DNA of 64,000 nt from an uncultured Spirochaetaceae bacterium (GTDB taxonomy: Bacteria > Spirochaetota > Spirochaetia > DSM-27196 > PWMO01), in NCBI GenBank assembly GCA_964623865.1, contig CAZUVX010000001.1:96304-160303 (forward strand). Reading direction: 5' to 3'. Both the position numbers and the translations under genes were made by a program. The notes beneath the pieces are model-generated. The model was not told where the DNA came from, ran no database searches, and saw only the letters and a program-made list of their open reading frames with translations. Within the stretch, counting starts at the first letter, position 1, and every line of letters begins with the position of its first letter. This document shows positions 36,826 through 45,976 of the stretch, piece after piece.

Positions 36826-37812
36826 ATGCGGTATCGGCGGTTGGGAAAGACGGGCTTTGAGATCTCCGAAGTCTCGCTGGGGACGTGGCAGGTAGGAGGC
36901 GGCTGGCGCGAAGAGTTCGATGACGCCGTCGCCGAGGAAATCATCAACACGGCGATCGACACCGGTGTCAACTTCATTGACACGGCAGATGTGTACGGTG
37001 ACGGCAAGAGCGAGGCCGCCGTGGGCCGCGTGGTTCGGTCTCGGAGCGAACAGGTCTACGTGGCCACGAAGTGCGGGCGCCGCCTGCAGCCGCACCGCGC
37101 CGACGCCTACACGCCGGATGCCATGCGCGGCTTTGTGGAAGAGGGCCTTCGCAACAGCGGCGCCGAGCGCCTCGACCTGATTCAGTTGCACTGCCCGCCG
37201 ACGGAGGTCTACTACCGGCCGGAGATCTTTGAAGTCTTCGACCGGATGAAGGAGGAGGGCAAGATCGCAAACCTCGGTGTATCGGTGGAGAAGGTAGAGG
37301 AGGGCCTGAAGGCGATTGAGTATCCCAATGTCGCCACCGTCCAGATTATCTTCAACATGTTCAGGCATCGACCGTCGGAGCTCTTCTTCCGGGAGGCGAA
37401 GCGTCGCGATGTGGGAATCATCGTGCGCGTTCCCTTGGCGAGCGGACTCCTTTCGGGGAAGCTTACCCGCCGGACGACCTTCGATACGGGAGACCATCGA
37501 TACTTCAATCGAACCGGAGCCGCCTTTGACCGCGGTGAGACCTTCGCCGGAGTCGACTACGAGACGGGCCTCACCGCCGTGGAAGAGCTGAAGCGCGTGC
37601 TCCCGAGCGACTACACCCTCGCTCAGTACGCCCTGCGCTGGATCCTCATGTTCGAAGAGGTGAGCTGTACCATTCCGGGGGCGTCCCGAGTAGAGCAGGT
37701 GAAGGACAACCTTGAAGCCGGGGCGATCCCGCCGCTTTCCCGTGAGGTCATGGACGCGGTGCGAGATGTGTATGAACGCCACATAGCGCCGCAGGTGCAC
37801 CAGCGCTGGTAG
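36826..37812 (+). CDS. Aldo/keto reductase
   Basis: MRYRRLGKTGFEISEVSLGTWQVGGGW...INFIDTADVYGDGKSE...DLIQLHCP matches the AKR family. I trimmed to the ATG at 36826, preceded by GAGGAGG. Confidence 0.9.
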   Translation: MRYRRLGKTGFEISEVSLGTWQVGGGWREEFDDAVAEEIINTAIDTGVNFIDTADVYGDGKSEAAVGRVVRSRSEQVYVATKCGRRLQPHRADAYTPDAMRGFVEEGLRNSGAERLDLIQLHCPPTEVYYRPEIFEVFDRMKEEGKIANLGVSVEKVEEGLKAIEYPNVATVQIIFNMFRHRPSELFFREAKRRDVGIIVRVPLASGLLSGKLTRRTTFDTGDHRYFNRTGAAFDRGETFAGVDYETGLTAVEELKRVLPSDYTLAQYALRWILMFEEVSCTIPGASRVEQVKDNLEAGAIPPLSREVMDAVRDVYERHIAPQVHQRW

Positions 37813-37858
37813 CAGGGAGCCGCCGTGCCTGATCCGCACCGTCGCGGAGGACGCGTCG

Positions 37859-38632
37859 TCAGCGGCCGATCCAGTCGGCAACAGCTGCGGCCACTTGCTC
37901 CCGGTCCACGTCGTTGATCAAGACGTGGGCGCTCTCCTTCAGGACAATACTCTCCTTCTCTGCTGAGGAGATGCGGCTCTCAATGTAGGGCGCCACCGAG
38001 GGGGGCACGGTCTCGTCTCTTTCAGATACGATGGTGAGGGTGGGCGCCGTGATTCGCGAGAGGCGCCGCCGCGCCATGGTTTGGAGCTTTCGGAGGTGGC
38101 CGATCTGCCCATACCAGGTGAAACGGTGGTACTCCCGCTCGAGCGCCTGTGTTGCCGGGTCGTCGCTCGTCGGTTGAAAGTCGCTTCTTTCACCGCGACG
38201 CTTGAACACGCCAACGATCGGGGCGAGCCATGTCCAGGGGTTTCGGACGTAGATCGCCGGGGCGCAGAGGACGATCCGCGGGACGGGGAACCGGCCGGCC
38301 GTGAGGAGCGTGAGCACTCCGCCCATGGACATGCCCACCATGAAGACCTTCGAGTGGATACTCGCCAGATCGAGGTACTCATCGACGGTCTTCCGGAGCC
38401 AGTCTTGCCAGCGAGTCCGGCAGAAGTCGTCGCCGTTGGTCCCGTGGCCTGGAAGCCTGGGAACGCGTACGGTGTAGCCCCGCTCGTTGAGGTAGGCGGC
38501 CATGAAGGCGGCGTTCGCCGTGCGTCCGGTGAAGCCGTGAACAATCAAGACGGCCTGGGAACCGCCGGGAAGGTGCAGTGGTCTTCCAACGGAGTTGACC
38601 GTCGTGTCGGGACGTAATTGATCCAGATTCAT
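37859..38632 (-). CDS. Alpha/beta-hydrolase (carboxylesterase/monoacylglycerol-lipase-like)
   Basis: From the ATG at 38632: AVLIVHGFTGRTANAAFMAAYLNERGYTVRVPRLPGHG...VFMVGMSMGGVLTL contains the nucleophile elbow G-x-S-x-G. The track extension to 38881 reads through an intergenic tandem repeat. Confidence 0.85.
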   Translation of the reverse strand: MNLDQLRPDTTVNSVGRPLHLPGGSQAVLIVHGFTGRTANAAFMAAYLNERGYTVRVPRLPGHGTNGDDFCRTRWQDWLRKTVDEYLDLASIHSKVFMVGMSMGGVLTLLTAGRFPVPRIVLCAPAIYVRNPWTWLAPIVGVFKRRGERSDFQPTSDDPATQALEREYHRFTWYGQIGHLRKLQTMARRRLSRITAPTLTIVSERDETVPPSVAPYIESRISSAEKESIVLKESAHVLINDVDREQVAAAVADWIGR

Positions 38633-38770
38633 GATTAGAGTAGACGACCACAGACGGTGTGTCGTGTCAATTCCGCCCTCTGCCGGCTCCACGATCGAAC
38701 GACTCGGCTCGGCGGTACATCGCACATGTGCCATGCGCCGCCCATCCCGTGGTAGGCGGGGATGTACGCT

Positions 38771-38806
38771 GGGCGGCGCGAGGGGCGGCGCGAGGGGCGG
38801 CGCGAG
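38771..38806. repeat. 12-bp perfect tandem repeat x3 in the divergent intergenic region
   Basis: gggcggcgcgag occurs at 38771-38782, 38783-38794 and 38795-38806, followed by a partial gggc. It lies between the hydrolase start (38632) and the XRE regulator start (38900). Confidence 0.9.
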
Positions 38807-38899
38807 GGGCAATACGCGGGGGCGGTACGCTGAAAGCGGCCGCACCCATTGCCGACGGCGTGTTGCCCTCACCTGTCGCAAGCCTCAATATGCGAAGGC

Positions 38900-39223
38900 A
38901 TGTCTTGTGGAGCACGGGCGCTTCTGGCACGGAACGTCAAGCGAGGTCGGAAACGACTGGGCATGTCGCAGCATCGCCTTGCCGAGCTGGCGGAGGTGTC
39001 TCCGCGCTATGTGAGCGAGGTCGAGTTGGGGCGGAGCTTCCCGGGGCCGGAGCGCATCGACCGGATCGCCCTGGCTCTCGGGATTCAGCCCTTTCAGCTC
39101 TTCCTTAACGAGGAGGACTGGGACGTGCATGACAAGTTCGAAGCAATGGCGTGCCTGGCACAGGACATAAAGGCCCGGGTCACTTCTACGATCGACGACG
39201 CGTTGAATCACCATCTCCAGTAG
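38900..39223 (+). CDS. XRE-family helix-turn-helix transcriptional regulator
   Basis: LLARNVKRGRKRLGMSQHRLAELAEVSPRYVSEVELGRSFPGPERIDRIALALGIQPFQLF is a typical HTH_XRE pattern. The start is taken as the ATG at 38900. Confidence 0.8.
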   Translation: MSCGARALLARNVKRGRKRLGMSQHRLAELAEVSPRYVSEVELGRSFPGPERIDRIALALGIQPFQLFLNEEDWDVHDKFEAMACLAQDIKARVTSTIDDALNHHLQ

Positions 39224-39405
39224 GTTCGGATCGCCGCGGCGACGGACAACGGAAGAGGCCCCGCCGGAGAGCCGGCGGCCTCACGGACCGCCCGGGTGAG
39301 AACCGTCGCCTCGCGGATGGCTGTGCGCCCCGATGTCGCGCGTAAACCCGCGCAGAACCGTCCGGGGCGGTTTACCGACCGTCCTGTCGTGCCGATCATT
39401 GTAGA

Positions 39406-40305
39406 ATGATGAAAGTCGGAATCTTTGTTGGTGACGACTGTACGCAGGGCGTGCAGCGGCTCCTCAAAGCGCTCGAGCGCCGCGATATTCCGGCGTCGGC
39501 CTTTCGCCTCTCCCACGCGTGGTCGGACGTCCACACCGACGAGATTCGCCACAACTTCGCCACAATCAGTCACGCCGTGTTTCTCGTGTCGGAGGGGTGC
39601 GCCGGTAGCAGCTGGTTCCCCTTCGTGGTGGGGTTCTGCATGGGCCGCGACATCACGGTCGTGTTGTACGGCGGGAACACCTCCATACCTGCATTCCTCA
39701 GCGGCTACGAACGCTTCAGTAACGTAACGGCGTTGAGCGACTTTCTGGAGCAGGAGCTTCTCATTTACCAGAAGACGCAGCGCGTGGAGGAGGCGCAGGC
39801 AGAGCTCCGTGCAGCAGGGTTCTCCGCTACTGAGCGCTCCTTTGCCGACGCCGTCGAGCAGGGGTCTCTATCGGCGGTCCGAAGCTTCCTGCGTGTCGGC
39901 ATCTCGCCGGATGCTCGCGATGAGACCGGGATTCCCGTGCTGTCTCTGGCCGTCCGTCAGGGCCATCAGGAGATCGTGAGTCTTCTGATTGGCCACGGAG
40001 CCGATGTAAACGCAGTGAGCGAGGACCGGGACAACAGCCCGTTGATGGAAGCGGCAACTCGCGGAGACGAGAAGGCGGTTCGCGCCTTGATGGAGGCGGG
40101 GGCCGACCCGGACGTCACGACCAAGTACAACCAGACCGCGCTCATGCTGGCAATCGGCGAGGGACACACCGAGGTGGTGAAATACCTTCTGGATCGAGGA
40201 GCTCGTACGGATGTAGTCGACTATCTCGGCATGACCGCGGAGAAGTACGCCAAGCTGTTTCGCAGCGGCGAGATTCTCTCCCTGCTCCATGCAACCGAGG
40301 ACTGA
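39406..40305 (+). CDS. Ankyrin-repeat protein with an N-terminal alpha/beta domain of unknown family (about 115 aa)
   Basis: There are at least 4 ankyrin units (GIPVLSLAVRQGHQEIVSLLIGHGADVNA; NSPLMEAATRGDEKAVRALMEAGADPDV; QTALMLAIGEGHTEVVKYLLDRGARTDV). N-terminal KVGIFVGDD...AVFLVSEG...FVVGFCMGRDITVVLYGG suggests a flavodoxin/TIR-like fold. Confidence 0.85.
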   Translation: MMKVGIFVGDDCTQGVQRLLKALERRDIPASAFRLSHAWSDVHTDEIRHNFATISHAVFLVSEGCAGSSWFPFVVGFCMGRDITVVLYGGNTSIPAFLSGYERFSNVTALSDFLEQELLIYQKTQRVEEAQAELRAAGFSATERSFADAVEQGSLSAVRSFLRVGISPDARDETGIPVLSLAVRQGHQEIVSLLIGHGADVNAVSEDRDNSPLMEAATRGDEKAVRALMEAGADPDVTTKYNQTALMLAIGEGHTEVVKYLLDRGARTDVVDYLGMTAEKYAKLFRSGEILSLLHATED

Positions 40306-40384
40306 CCCCGGCGCGGGAGTTGCCGTCGGCATCAGTCGCGCCGGCGGATTCGTCCGGGTACATCGGGTTTCTTGACAGCGGGGG

Positions 40385-41179
40385 GTGCGGCGGATACTTT
40401 TGCACCAGATGTCCGCCCGGCAATCGCTGCACATTTTTCATCTCTACCGCAAAGACGGCACGTCGCTCTTCTTGCATCCCTTCCTGGACCGACAGAAGGT
40501 TATGGAGCGTCTCGAGAAGACGGAGCTGGAGGGACTCTACGGCAAGGAACCGCGAGTCGAGTCCCTGACACTCTTTCGCAACGAGCTCTATCGAATTATC
40601 GAAGATGAAGTGAAGGCCTGGGTATCCGAGGCTCGCTTCATTCCGCGCTTTCTCCTGTCGGCGGGAGTCTTCGTCGCTGCCTACTTCTTCCTCTCCTTTG
40701 TCGTTCGGGATCCCCTTCCCGTCGTCGACGAGTTGGCTGTCTCCTTGGGCGCCGCCATTCTGAGTTACATCCTCCTCGGCCGGCGTGACATGCGCTCCCA
40801 GGCGGCTCTGAAGAAACGGATCGCTCTTCGTCGGAAGGTCGACAACATCCGGTTCGTTGAGTCCGAGTTTGTGAAGGAGGTGGAAGATGTGCTTCATGCG
40901 AAGGAGAGTGAGTCCACGGACTCACTGGTAAGTGCTTTCCAGGCGGGGGACGTTCCGGCGTTGACGAATCCGGAGAGCGACATTGCCGGTGAGCTGCTGC
41001 GGTACCTGGAGATGAGGTTTCAGTCGAACGAATACAAGCGTCAGGAGAAGAAGCTCCTGGAGAAGAAGCACAACAAGGATCTGGACGGCGTGAAACGGTG
41101 GGTGCAGCTTCGAAAGGTAGACTTCCCGCTCTTTGCCTTCTACGTGAACCTTAAGCGTCGGCAGGCGCGAAAGCCCTGA
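40385..41179 (+). CDS. Hypothetical membrane protein (2 TM) with a charged C-terminal helical region
   Basis: The TM hairpin is FIPRFLLSAGVFVAAYFFLSFVV / LAVSLGAAILSYILLG. The C-terminus is lysine-rich and helical. The start is uncertain (GTG 40385, ATG 40409, ATG 40502). Confidence 0.5.
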   Translation: MRRILLHQMSARQSLHIFHLYRKDGTSLFLHPFLDRQKVMERLEKTELEGLYGKEPRVESLTLFRNELYRIIEDEVKAWVSEARFIPRFLLSAGVFVAAYFFLSFVVRDPLPVVDELAVSLGAAILSYILLGRRDMRSQAALKKRIALRRKVDNIRFVESEFVKEVEDVLHAKESESTDSLVSAFQAGDVPALTNPESDIAGELLRYLEMRFQSNEYKRQEKKLLEKKHNKDLDGVKRWVQLRKVDFPLFAFYVNLKRRQARKP

Positions 41180-41199
41180 CGGCAGCCCCTGAGCCGGTG

Positions 41200-42720
41200 C
41201 TATTCTCCCGGCGCTTCGGGGTTGGTCGTGCTCCCGGTCCCCTCGCCGGCCCCGTCCGTGCCGTCCTCGCCGGCCCCACCGTCCGGAGCATTCGTTTCAT
41301 CGGTCGCAGCGTCTGAGTCTGAGTCGGATTCTGAGTCGGAGTCCGGCGCGGGAGCTTCTTCCTGCGGCGGGGACTCGTCGGGTTCCTCCTGTGCCCCTGG
41401 GCTCTCCGGCTCCTCAGGCGCCTCCGGAACCACCTCCTGATCGCCCCGGCGAATATCCTCCATGCGCGACTGCAGGTCTTGCGTGCGACCGGCGGTCTCC
41501 AGAGTCTCTTGAGCGGGCGTGAACGTCGGATCGATCTCCAGTGCGCGTCGAGACAACTCCATGGCGCGCTCTAGGTTCCCTTCGGCGAAGGCGACGAGGC
41601 CGTCCAGGTAGAACTCCTCGACGCGGGCGCGGCGCTCGGCGCGGCCCTTGTCTCCGAAGTCGAAGCCGGCTTGAAGGCTGAAGCGATCCGGCGTGCCGAT
41701 CTGGGTGGTAATATCGGCGGTTTGATTGACGAAGAGGTCGATGTCGTTGACCGACACGGAGGCGCCCATGGTGAGACGGGGATTCCCGCCCTCCAGGGCG
41801 AAACCGCCGTGCGCCGTAAGAAAGTCCGTAACCGTCACCGACGTTCCCCAGGCGAACTCGAAGCTCGTGTCCCCCACGTCGCCGTAGATCGACACGGGGC
41901 GGGAAAGGTCGAAGGCAAGGACAAGGGGTCGTATGGGCGAGTACGCGATCCCCAGAGTCGCCTCCGTGGGAAGCGCGTCGGTGATGGTTGTCGTGTCCTC
42001 GTCCAGGCTCTCGGTTCCAAGGTTTGCCGGAGTGCCGACGTTGCGCAGAACGAGCCCGGCGGAGAAGTTCCGCTCTCGGGAGGAGTAGAACTTCAGGAAG
42101 TCCAGCCGGGTCAGAAGACCCAGGTCGCCCATGACGACGAAGGCCGACTGGGCCGGCGCAATCCGTTCCGCTACGTTGCGATAGGCGGCTTTGAGGTTCG
42201 CACCCAGGGAAACGCCGTGGAAGTCGAAGCTGTGAAAGAAGTTGTAGGATACGTTCAAACCCAGGACGCTCTCGGTGTAGCGGATGGCTGCGCTCTCCTG
42301 GATACCGCTGACGTCGTATGGCGTGAAGTTGACATGAAGAACCTTCATGCCGGCGGCCACTCCCAGGTGCTCGAAGCGCTCGGTGTAGAAGAGCCCCTCC
42401 ATGGCCGCATCCGCAATCAGGTTGTTGTGCCATACCGCCAACTCGGTGGCGCCCAGCCGGGAGCTCGCCGCGGGATTCGCCTCGAAGAAGCTGATGTCTC
42501 GTGCCACGGCGGTGTAGGCTCCCGCCATGCCTTCGTACTCGCCGCCGACCGGCATGAGCAGGACCGGAAAGGCCGTCTCGCCCTGGCCGCCGGCGATCTG
42601 ATTCTGAGTGATCGCCCCGTCTATGCCGTAGAGGACGTCCGCCGCTCCCAACTCTGTGGGGCAAAACAGCGAAGAGACAAGAATTAGCGCGCCCAGAACG
42701 ACGAAAACGAAACCTTTCAT
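41200..42720 (-). CDS. PorV/UPF0164-like outer-membrane beta-barrel protein fused to a TPR unit and an acidic D/S/E-rich tail
   Basis: Signal peptide MKGFVFVVLGALILVSSLF. The N-terminal motif PVGGEYEGMAGAYTAVARDISFFEANPAASS resembles the PorV/UPF0164 pattern. Alternating beta-strand-like segments follow. The C-terminus has YLDGLVAFAEGNLERAMELSRRALEIDPTF (TPR) and then ...APAPDSDSESDSDSDAATDE.... I trimmed to the ATG at 42720. Confidence 0.7.
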   Translation of the reverse strand: MKGFVFVVLGALILVSSLFCPTELGAADVLYGIDGAITQNQIAGGQGETAFPVLLMPVGGEYEGMAGAYTAVARDISFFEANPAASSRLGATELAVWHNNLIADAAMEGLFYTERFEHLGVAAGMKVLHVNFTPYDVSGIQESAAIRYTESVLGLNVSYNFFHSFDFHGVSLGANLKAAYRNVAERIAPAQSAFVVMGDLGLLTRLDFLKFYSSRERNFSAGLVLRNVGTPANLGTESLDEDTTTITDALPTEATLGIAYSPIRPLVLAFDLSRPVSIYGDVGDTSFEFAWGTSVTVTDFLTAHGGFALEGGNPRLTMGASVSVNDIDLFVNQTADITTQIGTPDRFSLQAGFDFGDKGRAERRARVEEFYLDGLVAFAEGNLERAMELSRRALEIDPTFTPAQETLETAGRTQDLQSRMEDIRRGDQEVVPEAPEEPESPGAQEEPDESPPQEEAPAPDSDSESDSDSDAATDETNAPDGGAGEDGTDGAGEGTGSTTNPEAPGE

Positions 42721-42726
42721 GTTATA

Positions 42727-42756
42727 ATTAAAGATAGCATAACAAAATCCGTGCAA
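42727..42756 (-). promoter_or_regulatory. Candidate promoter giving a leaderless or very short-leader mRNA for the OMP gene
   Basis: The minus strand reads TTGCAC (42756-42751), N18, TTTAAT (42732-42727), TATAAC, then the ATG at 42720. The local segment is AT-rich and has no SD. Confidence 0.25.
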
Positions 42757-42844
42757 CCAACCGCATTCTGACGATAATTGTCGGCACCTTCAGGGGAGGG
42801 GAAAAGAGAGTCGATACTGTAACTACGAACACGGTGCCGCGCCG

Positions 42845-45800
42845 ATGACAGCGAACCGATCCACCTTCGCACGAATGATCCTCATTGCATTCGCGCTCCT
42901 CGCCGGCGTGGCGGTCGGGGTGTGTGCGTCGGGACAGCAGGAAGATCCGCTGGAGGAGGCACGCCGACTCGTGGCGGAGGGACGTCTCAACGAGGCTATT
43001 CTGGTCCTCCAGGAAGCGGTTCGCGAGGATCCGGAGCAGATCCAGGAGGCCGAAGAGTTGCTCGAGAAGATCCGTACCATTCGCGGCGACTACAACGATC
43101 TCTTTGAGCAACTCATCGACAATCTCATCAACAACCCGGAAGACATCGAAACGACCTTGCAGATCATCGACAGGATGGAGGAGCTCGACGAGTTCCCGAA
43201 TGAGCGCGTACAGGAACAGATCACGGATGCGCGTATCATCGCGCAACTCGCCTTCGACCGCAACGTTGCCTCGAACATCATGGAGGACGCTCGGGCACTG
43301 ATCCAAAACGAGGAGTATGCCCAGGCCGTGGAGCGCTATCTGACGGGCTTCGATCTGCAACGCCAGCGCTTCGTTGAGCGCGATTATCCCGAGGCCGTTG
43401 TAGCGAGCGCGGACGACGCCATCCGGCAGGTGCAGGATGCCGCTGAGCAGTTCGTCGACGTCCAATCGGACTTCCTGGCGCAGGAGGAACGCCTTGTGGC
43501 GGCCGTGGCTTCCGAGGATCTATCCGAAATCCAGTCGAATCACCCGCCCTTCGCGGAGCGTTTCCAGGCTGTCGCCGCACTCGAGTCGGAGCTGGTCGAA
43601 GGGCTCGAGTTGATGCAGGAGCTGAGATCCCAGATAGCGGGGTTGCACCCGGATGATCCCGTGGACTGGCATCTCCGGCTCATCAGCGAATTCACCTACG
43701 GTCCCGACGAGGAGGGAAGGGAGGGTATCTTCCGCGCCGTCGACCGCTTTGTCTTTGATTCGCGAAGTCGTGTCACGCAGCAGTTCCGCGATACCGAGAC
43801 TGAGGTCTGGGAGCGAGCCCGCAGAGCATTCCTCGAGGAGCAACACGATGAAGCGCAAGCCGACTTCGATCTGCTTGCCGGTCTTACCGGGTTCGATCAG
43901 GAAACCCTGGCCCTTGCCACGCCCATCTCCGAAACGCCTCAGGTAGCCCTTCCCGAGGCGCTCCCGGAGATTCCCGAGACCTTCCGAGACGCATTCCTCT
44001 CGGCGCGGACAACCCAGGTTGCAGCTGAGATCCAGAGTGAGGGAGCAGCCCTTGCCGCCCGGAACGACGACATTCCGGGGGAACTGCCGGAGAATCTCGA
44101 CGCCTTGGCGGAGCGGCGGGAGGTGCAGACCGCTCTTGTGGAAGAGGCGCGGGCGCAACGCGCCGCGTGGAACAGCTTCGTCGACGAGCAACTCGACCCG
44201 GTGGGACCATCGGGGCCGGAACCCGCGGCGACGCGACGGGAAGCGACGACCGAATTCGTCGGTACCCTGGAGCGCACCTTCGTTGCACGGGAGATCGAGA
44301 CGGTGGATCGGATCGGTGAGATTCGTGTTGCCGCGCTCCGGGACCGGTACACCGAGATTGCGGGGGTCCTCGATGCGGGAGTGGACCTGCTGACGGGGGT
44401 TCCACAGTCGACCCGGGAGGCCGCAGTCGCCGTCGTAACCGGTGGAGAGCTTCCCGAGGAAGACCCCGCGGTGCCCGGAGGCGAAGAGGAAGCGCTTCCG
44501 GAGGTGCAGGAGGGTGACGAAGACGCTGACGGCGAGAGCGAGGACGTCCAGGTCGACTACCGCTACCCCGACGCCGGTCTCGAGCTCTTCCAGCAGGCGG
44601 AGACCCAATCGGCGAACCTGCAGGAGGACATCCAGGCTTTCATCGGAGAGTTCGAAGAAGAGCCGGACTACGTACGGACGTCGGATCCCATCCAGAACCA
44701 CCTGGCCGAGGCACGGGGTCTTCTTGACGACCTCGGATCGACGCAAAACGAGGTGGCGGAACGCATTGTCGAGGCGGAGAACCAAATCGCACGCACGCAA
44801 GAACTTCGGGAGGAGGGCGATCAGCTCATTGCGGAAGCGCGCCAGGCGACCCAGCAGGAGGAGATCGAAGAGGCGCGGGAGCTCGTGGAGAATGCCCGGG
44901 ACCGCTTCTTCCAGGCGCTGGAGTTGCAACAGGATGTAGACTTCCGCCGGGACAGCGATGAGCTGGTTCAGCAACTCGGCGAGGAGATCCTCGAGGCGGA
45001 GAATCAGATCGTCGTGCGCCGGACCCGGCAACTCGTACAGCAAGCCGAGAGCGACTACGACGCCGAACGCTACCAGCAGGCCTTCGACACCCTCGTTGAG
45101 GCGCGGGAAACCTGGGAGCGCACGCACGCCGACGATCCCAACCCGGAGGTGGAGAGCTTGCTGCGTTACGTGAACGCCGCCCTGACTCTCGAGGGGAGCA
45201 GGGAGCTCGCGGAAACCGAGCCTCTCTATCCGGTGCTCAGCAACTACCTTTACGTTGCCCGGGAGGACTTCGTGGAGGCGCAGGAGCTGATCAACGAAGG
45301 GCGCGAGCAGGCTGCGGATAACCGTTTAGTCCGGGCGGACGAGAATCTTACCAACGTGACGGCGGTCCGGCCGTTGAACTGGGAAGCCCGCGTTCTGAAG
45401 CTGCGCATTCTTCAGCTCCAGAACGCCGATAACTTCGATGAAATCTTCGAACGCCGGTATGAGGATGCACTCGACCAGCGGGACGAGAATCCGGAAGAGG
45501 CCCTCACCGCCCTCGAAACCCTTGCTGCACTCGATCCGGACTATCCCGGTCTCCGCCAGGCAATCATCGACCTGGAGATAGAGCTCGGTCTTCGTCCGGA
45601 CCCGGTGACTGAGGCGCAGATTGCCGAATCGAACCAGCTCTACGAGGAGGCGCAGGGAATCATTCAAGGCAACCCGGGTCGAGCGCAGATCCAGGCGGCA
45701 ACGTCGCTCCTGGAGGAGGCGGTGTCACTCAACCCGGACAACAGCCAGGCTAAAGTCCTCCTGGACGAGCTGCGAATCGGACTTGGCGGGCGGGCAACTG

Positions 45801-45976
45801 TTGCGCTATCGTCCGAGGACGAGCAGCTCTTCAGGCGCGCTCAGCAACTCTTCGTGCAGAACAACGTTGCTCAGGCTTACGCGATCGTGCAGCGTCTGCT
45901 CCGGGACGAGAACAACCAGGTCTATGCGCCGCTCCTTGAGCTGGAGCGCCGCATCACTGCGCGATTGGGCATATGA
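42845..45976 (+). CDS. 1,043-aa secreted, highly acidic, mostly helical protein with TPR-like ends (unknown function)
   Basis: Signal peptide MTANRSTFARMILIAFALLAGVAVGVCASG. E/D/Q/R/L-rich helical sequence runs throughout. TPR-like segments occur near the N-terminus (ARRLVAEGRLNEAILVLQEAVREDPE) and C-terminus (ALTALETLAALDPDYPG; LLEEAVSLNPDNSQAKVLL). Its stop overlaps the next start (ATGA at 45973-45976). Confidence 0.75.
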   Translation: MTANRSTFARMILIAFALLAGVAVGVCASGQQEDPLEEARRLVAEGRLNEAILVLQEAVREDPEQIQEAEELLEKIRTIRGDYNDLFEQLIDNLINNPEDIETTLQIIDRMEELDEFPNERVQEQITDARIIAQLAFDRNVASNIMEDARALIQNEEYAQAVERYLTGFDLQRQRFVERDYPEAVVASADDAIRQVQDAAEQFVDVQSDFLAQEERLVAAVASEDLSEIQSNHPPFAERFQAVAALESELVEGLELMQELRSQIAGLHPDDPVDWHLRLISEFTYGPDEEGREGIFRAVDRFVFDSRSRVTQQFRDTETEVWERARRAFLEEQHDEAQADFDLLAGLTGFDQETLALATPISETPQVALPEALPEIPETFRDAFLSARTTQVAAEIQSEGAALAARNDDIPGELPENLDALAERREVQTALVEEARAQRAAWNSFVDEQLDPVGPSGPEPAATRREATTEFVGTLERTFVAREIETVDRIGEIRVAALRDRYTEIAGVLDAGVDLLTGVPQSTREAAVAVVTGGELPEEDPAVPGGEEEALPEVQEGDEDADGESEDVQVDYRYPDAGLELFQQAETQSANLQEDIQAFIGEFEEEPDYVRTSDPIQNHLAEARGLLDDLGSTQNEVAERIVEAENQIARTQELREEGDQLIAEARQATQQEEIEEARELVENARDRFFQALELQQDVDFRRDSDELVQQLGEEILEAENQIVVRRTRQLVQQAESDYDAERYQQAFDTLVEARETWERTHADDPNPEVESLLRYVNAALTLEGSRELAETEPLYPVLSNYLYVAREDFVEAQELINEGREQAADNRLVRADENLTNVTAVRPLNWEARVLKLRILQLQNADNFDEIFERRYEDALDQRDENPEEALTALETLAALDPDYPGLRQAIIDLEIELGLRPDPVTEAQIAESNQLYEEAQGIIQGNPGRAQIQAATSLLEEAVSLNPDNSQAKVLLDELRIGLGGRATVALSSEDEQLFRRAQQLFVQNNVAQAYAIVQRLLRDENNQVYAPLLELERRITARLGI

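Noticed and set aside
38771-38806. LAPPLAPPLAPP peptide repeat as part of the alpha/beta-hydrolase
   Set aside because: It lies in the spurious N-terminal extension. The hydrolase family N-terminus begins at the ATG at 38632, so the repeat is treated as an intergenic DNA tandem repeat.
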